DNA of 64,000 nucleotides from Candidatus Poribacteria bacterium (GTDB taxonomy: Bacteria; Poribacteria; WGA-4E; PCPOR2b). Of this stretch, positions 58,269-64,000 are shown piece by piece. The notes below the pieces were generated by a model, which saw nothing but the letters and a program-made list of their open reading frames with translations, was not told the origin of the DNA and made no database searches. The position numbers and the translations under genes are program-made. The stretch spans positions 1-64,000 of the forward strand of contig OZ242326.1 of the NCBI GenBank assembly GCA_965208325.1, read 5' to 3'. Within the stretch, counting starts at the first letter, position 1, and the number at the start of each line of letters is the position of its first letter.

Positions 58269-59990
58269 ATGCACATTGGACTCAAACAGGTTTCGAGCAT
58301 GAAGTCACAACAGAAACTCATCATGACACCAAAGTTGCAACAAGCAATTAAGGTGCTTCTAATGTCACGCCTGGATCTCACACAACATATGAATGAAAAG
58401 TTACAGGAAAATCCTCTTTTGGACGAAGTTTTGGTTGAAGATTTAGAAATCGAATCATTAGACGGCTTAGATGAATTGGATCCGGATACAGATTGGAATG
58501 AACCTGGTGAGATACTGGACCGCGCAGATAAAGAACCGGATATCGATTGGGAAAGTTTTTTTGATGATATGGTAAGCATTAGCGAAAGGGAGACCTTTCA
58601 AGAGAGGGCAGACAGCGATGCACCTCAAGCGGATATCGCGCAACTTCAAACATTGCACGAATTTTTGATGGCACAACTAAACGATGTGCCTTTTTCGGAC
58701 ATAGAGCGAAAAATCGGCGAACAGATTATTGGCAATCTTGATGATACCGGCCAGTTGAATGTCGCTCCCCTGTTTAGCGTCCCTTTGGAGTTGCGGAGTA
58801 ATTTAGACAGCGGTAATCTGCCAGAAGAATTGCGAAGTGAATTTGAAAATAATGAAATCACGTTTTCACAAAAAGTCTCGATTTCTGCGAAAGGTTGTGA
58901 CAGCACTGATACAAAAAGGTGGCGGATAACCGATGAAGATAATGAGCAGATTTATACTGTCAGTGTAGATGAGGATAAGCTAAACATTTACGGCATCACG
59001 CTGGAAGAAATTGCAGAGGACATCGGTTGTGAGGTGTGTTTAGTTGAAAATGTGCTTCGATTTATTCAACGGAATTTTGAGCCGACTGGTATTGCATACC
59101 GCACGATTCCAGAGTCGCTGCTTGTTCAGATTGACGCCGTTAAAATGGACCAGCCCCTTGTGCGAGAAATTGTCAAATGCCACTTTGATGATTTGATGAA
59201 TAACCTCATACCGCGGATTGCCAAAAATTTAGATGTGGGAATTGACGCAGTTTTAAAAGCAAAGGAGTTAATCGGAACACTTAATCCATATCCAGGCCGG
59301 CACTTTTCAGATCGGTCGGATCCAAAACGATTTAATGATAGGAAGCGGTTCGCAAGTTCGATTGTGCCTGATATTATCGTGGAAAAGGGAGAAAGGGGAT
59401 ACCGCTTCATTACAAATGATGACGGAATGCCCCGACTACGATTGAATCCACTTTATGTCAATATGATGCGAAATGGAGATTCGGTGCTCGACAAAAACAC
59501 AAAAACTTGGTTGAATAATCAAAAAAACCTAGCTATTGATTTGTTAAAAAGTGTTGACCAGCGGCATCGCACTATCAAGAAAGTGACTGAGGCGATATTT
59601 CAAATACAATCGGAATTTCTTGAACAAGGGGTGAAAGCACTTAAACCGTTGGTACTGAAGCAGATCGCTGATATGGCTGATGTACACGAGTCCACAGTCA
59701 GTCGGGTCACATCGAACAAATACGTGCAAACCCCGCAAGGGATTTACAATCTCAAGTTTTTCTTTAGCAGTGAACTGCATACCGATTCCGGCGGTAATGT
59801 AGCTGTCACTTCTGTCAAAGAGAAAATCAAAGACATGATTGATAAGGAAGATACAGCTAAACCGCTGAGCGATCAGACAATTTCTGACATGCTGAAAGTT
59901 GACGGGATTCACGCCGCGAGACGGACAGTTGCTAAATACCGAGAAGAGCTCGGTATTCTTTCTTCCAATAAGCGGAAACGGAAATGGTAA
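58269..59990 (+). CDS. rpoN: RNA polymerase sigma-54 factor with an inserted domain
   Basis: TPKLQQAIKVL, ENPLL, PLVLKQIA, HESTVSR, RpoN box ARRTVAKYRE. Confidence 0.96.
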   Translation: MHIGLKQVSSMKSQQKLIMTPKLQQAIKVLLMSRLDLTQHMNEKLQENPLLDEVLVEDLEIESLDGLDELDPDTDWNEPGEILDRADKEPDIDWESFFDDMVSISERETFQERADSDAPQADIAQLQTLHEFLMAQLNDVPFSDIERKIGEQIIGNLDDTGQLNVAPLFSVPLELRSNLDSGNLPEELRSEFENNEITFSQKVSISAKGCDSTDTKRWRITDEDNEQIYTVSVDEDKLNIYGITLEEIAEDIGCEVCLVENVLRFIQRNFEPTGIAYRTIPESLLVQIDAVKMDQPLVREIVKCHFDDLMNNLIPRIAKNLDVGIDAVLKAKELIGTLNPYPGRHFSDRSDPKRFNDRKRFASSIVPDIIVEKGERGYRFITNDDGMPRLRLNPLYVNMMRNGDSVLDKNTKTWLNNQKNLAIDLLKSVDQRHRTIKKVTEAIFQIQSEFLEQGVKALKPLVLKQIADMADVHESTVSRVTSNKYVQTPQGIYNLKFFFSSELHTDSGGNVAVTSVKEKIKDMIDKEDTAKPLSDQTISDMLKVDGIHAARRTVAKYREELGILSSNKRKRKW

Positions 59991-60020
59991 TTGACAATTG
60001 GTCAGCCAAGGGAGGTTGAT

Positions 60021-60578
60021 ATGCAGATGCATATTACCGGTCGTCATGTTGAGGTTACGGATGATGTTCGAGGCTATGTTGAAAAACGCGTGAAGAAAAT
60101 TGAAGCCATATTTAATCGCATTATTGATTTGCAGTTGGTTATCGAGCTGGAAAAAAATCGATATTTTGCTGAAATCGTTCTTGCAACGGCGAAGGCGACG
60201 TTCCACGCGCAAGGCGAAACTCATGACATCTTCTCTAGTCTAGATTCTGTTATGGACAAAATAGAACGGCAGATTCGACGTCACAAGGAAAGAATAAAGG
60301 ATTGGCGCCGCCGCCCACCGCAGGATCGTGCTGCGGGGCAGTTAAAAGATTCGGCTGCTCACGAGGATAGCAGTGCTTTGCGAGATGTGCCGTCTCAAAT
60401 TGTGAGTGTCCCGGAGAAATTTGCGTCTAAACCGATGACGGTAGAAGAAGCTGTAATGCAATTGAGTACGTCTGATGAAGCGCTTCTGCTTTTTTTAAAT
60501 GCCGAAACAAACCAGATTAATCTGGTTTATGAACATGAGAGCAGAGGATACGGCTGGGTCGAACCGCAATTCACTTAG
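60021..60578 (+). CDS. hpf: Ribosome hibernation promoting factor, long form
   Basis: ITGRHVEVT, DKIERQIRRHK, KPMTVEEAVMQL, YGWVEP; GGAGG RBS. Confidence 0.92.
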   Translation: MQMHITGRHVEVTDDVRGYVEKRVKKIEAIFNRIIDLQLVIELEKNRYFAEIVLATAKATFHAQGETHDIFSSLDSVMDKIERQIRRHKERIKDWRRRPPQDRAAGQLKDSAAHEDSSALRDVPSQIVSVPEKFASKPMTVEEAVMQLSTSDEALLLFLNAETNQINLVYEHESRGYGWVEPQFT

Positions 60579-60615
60579 AATGTGCCTGCGGCAAGACAGA
60601 CTGGCGGAGTTTATA

Positions 60616-61629
60616 ATGCCAAATTCGATGACCGTTCGTAAACTGATACGATATGCAGGTTACGAACTACAACTAGAGGCGGCTGCCGGATCTGAAGGGT
60701 TAGAACGATTAATCGAAACCGCAGAATCAAACCGCCCCGGTCTGGCGCTCTGCGGGCATTATCAGCATTTTGGTTATAATCGCGTGCAAATTTTTGGGCA
60801 TGGCGAAATATCATATTTGGAAAGCCTTGATTCATCCGCGCGTGCTGAAATCTTAGAGGAATTGTCATCATATCCAATTCCTTGTGTTGTAGTGACAAGC
60901 GGCTCTCCGGTGCCTCCAGAACTTGCGGCTATCGGCAATCAAAACAACATCCCGATTTTAACCACAAGCTTATCTTCATCTGTCTTTACGACGCGATTGC
61001 TGCTTTTCTTGGAGGATGAGTTTGGCCCCGCTGAATATGTCCATGGAAATTTGGTTGATGTCTTTGGTGTGGGCGTCCTGATTCTAGGTAAAAGTGGAAT
61101 CGGAAAAAGTGAATGTACGCTTGAGCTCTTGCAACGGGGGCATCGTTTAATTGCCGATGATAGCGTTTTGTTGAAGCGAGTTTCAGGGCATCGTGTTTTT
61201 GGGATACGGATGCAGCCGCTCAGGCACTACATGGAAGTTCGCGGCCTAGGGATTATTGATGTTATCACGTTGTTTGGCGTGACGGCTGTCGGCAATCGCA
61301 AACAGGTTGAACTTGTCGTAACCCTCGAAATTTGGGATGAAAACAAAAAATACAATCGAACAGGACTTGATGAGGATTTTTACAGTCTACACAACGAAAA
61401 AATCCCCCATACCGTCATCCCAGTCGGTCCCGGAAGAAACCTTTCGAATTTGGTTGAAGTTGCCGCTATGAACCTCTGGGGCAAAAAATTGGGATTTCAT
61501 GCCGAAAAGGATTTAAATCAGGCGATTGCTGATATGATGCATACCAAAAATGAGGAAATAGTCCTTGATGAATGGCAGCATGAAGCGCTCCATCAGGGAA
61601 TTATTCATCCAACAGAATCAGAAACTTGA
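60616..61629 (+). CDS. hprK: HPr kinase/phosphorylase
   Basis: NRPGLAL, HGNLVDVFGVGVLILGKSGIGKSE, LIADD, MEVRGLGII, PGRNL. Confidence 0.95.
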   Translation: MPNSMTVRKLIRYAGYELQLEAAAGSEGLERLIETAESNRPGLALCGHYQHFGYNRVQIFGHGEISYLESLDSSARAEILEELSSYPIPCVVVTSGSPVPPELAAIGNQNNIPILTTSLSSSVFTTRLLLFLEDEFGPAEYVHGNLVDVFGVGVLILGKSGIGKSECTLELLQRGHRLIADDSVLLKRVSGHRVFGIRMQPLRHYMEVRGLGIIDVITLFGVTAVGNRKQVELVVTLEIWDENKKYNRTGLDEDFYSLHNEKIPHTVIPVGPGRNLSNLVEVAAMNLWGKKLGFHAEKDLNQAIADMMHTKNEEIVLDEWQHEALHQGIIHPTESET

Positions 61630-61794
61630 ATGTGTTCATGGTTGCATAGTGATTTCTTCGCCACGGTCATTTGAAACAATGATTTGAGGTTGGCGAAATT
61701 GAGAATAGAAAAACGTGTTATCCTTTAAATTTGCAACCGTAGTAATGAAAACAGGTCCGTGTTCGTTCAGTGATTCGATGGTTTGGTAGCATTT

Positions 61795-62061
61795 ATGCTT
61801 GAAAAAGTGGTGACAATCAGTAATTCACTCGGTTTGCATCTGCGGGCGGCAGGGTTGTTTGCTCAAGTCGCGAATCGGTATGTTTCACATATTTATGTAA
61901 AAAAAGGCTCTATGAAGGTGAACGCCAAGAGTACTATGGGGGTAATGATGTTGGCAGCAGGCGAAGGCACTCAACTCACTCTCATCGCGGATGGTGCTGA
62001 TGAATTAGAGGCAATTGATGCGCTGACAGAATTAGTGGAAATCGGGTTCCACGAAGAATGA
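61795..62061 (+). CDS. ptsH: Phosphocarrier protein HPr
   Basis: NSLGLHLRAA (His15), NAKSTMGVMML (Ser46), GADE. Confidence 0.93.
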   Translation: MLEKVVTISNSLGLHLRAAGLFAQVANRYVSHIYVKKGSMKVNAKSTMGVMMLAAGEGTQLTLIADGADELEAIDALTELVEIGFHEE

Positions 62062-62541
62062 ACCTCCCTGTATTTCGCCCTACCGAATTACAAAATTCGC
62101 GATGTACAGCCGTGAAAATTTTGAGCTAGCAATCCTACCAATCTCCTACAGATTCACGAGTTGCGGCGTATTGTGACCACACCTTCCCTGCCAACAGCCC
62201 TATAACAATTGACGAAAGGTAGGTGCATATTTTGTACCTGCCCACAGCACTTCCCATGTATCATTGCTTAATATGCGTCTGAAATGCCCATTCGCAGTAC
62301 CGACACAGCCAATCATTCAGCCGTCAGCAGACTCGTGATAAAATCCTTAACACCTAGCGATTCTATCCGGACGCGGCTATGTCTGAACTTGATAATGAAA
62401 TTGATCCCGTGATATACTCACTAATCAGTGTCACCGGCGAAGAAATTGCGATTGCGTGGAAAAACTCCACCTTAGTTTGAGATTTAACAGATACGGCGGA
62501 TAGCACCAATTTAAAAATCCGGGTCATATTAACTTAGATAG

Positions 62542-63414
62542 ATGGGTAATATCGTGGGGTTTAAGCAGAAATGGTTACACGTAGGCATCGGTTGCTTGTT
62601 CATGGCGTTTTGTACGGTTTTGGTCTTGGGTTGTGAGAAAAATAATGGGTCGTCATCACAGCAGACGACAACGACGCCCAATAATGCGAATGAAAAAGTT
62701 GAAAAACCCTCGGTACCCGGAAGTAAAACCGCCGCGGAGGCGGAAGAACTCCCATTTGAACTCGTCGAGAGTATAAAGTTCGCTGACGGCACTGAAGTGA
62801 AGTCCATCGCCAAAGCCGATATTGAAGTGCTACGAGACCGGCCTATTCATATGGGAGGGAACGACACTGATGGCGTGACGTTAACGAACGAAAAAGACGA
62901 AAAGACCCATGTTCGTACGTGTAGAGAGTATGATGCGGCACTTGAGCGAGGCTACTTCCCCTTGACAACCTACGACATTTCAATGGCATCGTGGTTCAAT
63001 ATTCCTTGCGGAACGCTCAACGAATTTCAGACAGCGGCGATTCCACAGCGGAGTTTTATTACAAACCCCAAAGCGGGAATCACCGATTTAGAATTGCTTC
63101 CGCTTTCGTTATTTCCTGAACTGTTTGATTTCAAACAGAATATTGAGAACGTGACATATCAGGATCAGGTGGAAACGGGGATGCTCAAGGTGACGGGCAT
63201 GGGTGGAAACTGGTTGAGCTGCGAGGACGTGGGATTGAAGCAACACTTGACTGAAGTGGCGCGCGCTGACTTCAATAATGACGGTATCGAAGATATTCTG
63301 CTTTCTGAGAGTGTCTCTGCCACACAAGGCTCATACCGCGACTACAAGATTACAATCTTGACGAAGAAATCAGTTGACGGTAAGTTCGAGAGGGTGCAAT
63401 TACGCAATCCCTAA
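62542..63414 (+). CDS. Hypothetical lipoprotein
   Basis: Hydrophobic N-terminus with VLGC lipobox, low-complexity S/T/Q/N linker, ADFNNDGIEDIL (FG-GAP/Ca-binding-like loop). Confidence 0.65.
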   Translation: MGNIVGFKQKWLHVGIGCLFMAFCTVLVLGCEKNNGSSSQQTTTTPNNANEKVEKPSVPGSKTAAEAEELPFELVESIKFADGTEVKSIAKADIEVLRDRPIHMGGNDTDGVTLTNEKDEKTHVRTCREYDAALERGYFPLTTYDISMASWFNIPCGTLNEFQTAAIPQRSFITNPKAGITDLELLPLSLFPELFDFKQNIENVTYQDQVETGMLKVTGMGGNWLSCEDVGLKQHLTEVARADFNNDGIEDILLSESVSATQGSYRDYKITILTKKSVDGKFERVQLRNP

Positions 63415-63516
63415 TGTAGTAAAACCAATAAATTTGTATACGATGTAGCAGGTTCTGATTGCAACTGCACCGTACACCGTTCACCAAATGGGCGGTTTTG
63501 GAACACGCAACTACCG
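63414..63516. repeat. Degenerate REPIN-like element related to 22766-22902
   Basis: GCAGGTTCTGATTGCAACTGCA (63448) matches GCAGGTGCGGTTTCCAAGCGCA (22802) at 16/22. Similar right arm ending CTACCG and upstream TAGTAAA. Confidence 0.4.
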
Positions 63517-63539
63517 AATGTTATTAAAAATGTATTAAG

Positions 63540-63568
63540 TTGACAATAGTCTATCTTGATCGCATACT
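63540..63568 (+). promoter_or_regulatory. Sigma70-type promoter of valS
   Basis: TTGACA-17 bp-CATACT, 21 bp before the ATG. Confidence 0.55.
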
Positions 63569-63589
63569 GCGAGAATAAAAGGCAAATAT

Positions 63590-64000
63590 ATGACAGATAT
63601 TCCAAGTGCTTACTCGCCCCATGAAATCGAAAAGAAATGGTATACATTCTGGTTAGACAAAGGTTACTTTCGCGCTGCAGATAAGTCAGATCGCCCGCCT
63701 TTTTCAATCGTCATCCCGCCGCCAAACATTACCGGGAACCTCCACGTCGGCCACACACTGAATAATTCATTGCAAGATGCGCTCATCCGTTGGCGCAAAT
63801 TGCAAGGATTCAATACACTGTGGATGCCGGGTGTTGACCACGCTGGCATCGGTACAGAGATTATCATGGAACGAAAACTTGCCGAAACGGGAACGAGCCG
63901 GGATGAACTGGGACGCGAAAAGTTTACCGAACGGATGTGGAACTGGAAGGCGGAAACGCACTCAACTATCAGAGAGCAACTTGGACAGCTTGGTTGTTCT
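63590..64000 (+). CDS. valS: Valyl-tRNA synthetase, 3'-truncated by the window edge (absent from the ORF track)
   Basis: Manual translation: MTDIPSAYSPHEIEKKWY..FSIVIPPPNITGNLHVGH..QDALIRW..WMPGVDHAGI. Confidence 0.95.
   Translation, partial: MTDIPSAYSPHEIEKKWYTFWLDKGYFRAADKSDRPPFSIVIPPPNITGNLHVGHTLNNSLQDALIRWRKLQGFNTLWMPGVDHAGIGTEIIMERKLAETGTSRDELGREKFTERMWNWKAETHSTIREQLGQLGCS

Noticed and set aside
58761..58994. Intein in RpoN
   Set aside because: No N-terminal Cys/Ser or C-terminal His-Asn splice motifs, and it is too short.

Overview
Gene-dense bacterial chromosomal segment with about 50 protein-coding genes. It most likely comes from Candidatus Poribacteria or a relative; this is inferred from a secreted LamG protein ending in the 'AVxPxGKxxTTW' motif plus PhyH, FGE-sulfatase and Gfo/Idh/MocA genes. 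Housekeeping content: partial sdhA, DinG helicase, GH36 glycosidase, pepA, dnaK, an Rrf2-cysK-cysH-MoaD/CysO sulfur cluster, comEA, zapA, aroE, a single-chain indolepyruvate oxidoreductase, recN-nadK-DUF368-surE-GT2-tyrS, msrA, a MacAB-like exporter, rpoZ, lpxL-lptCAB-rpoN-hpf-hprK-ptsH and the start of valS. I found no rRNA, tRNA, CRISPR array or intact transposase. The main candidates for follow-up are: (i) three dispersed small genes sharing a TM helix + coiled coil + C-terminal His-x4/6-His layout, each in an accessory patch and two behind structured leaders; (ii) nested non-autonomous elements, namely TIR-bounded MITEs containing GTAG-type REP palindromes, with a conserved 30-50 bp sequence seen three times inside REP-like arms; (iii) an S1/P1-nuclease/Zn-phospholipase C domain fused to a DmpA peptidase; (iv) a ~78-aa domain inserted in sigma-54; (v) an internally duplicated LptA and an elongated MacA-like adaptor; (vi) promoter-adjacent structured RNA candidates. 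All calls come from motif recognition by eye; no database search was run.
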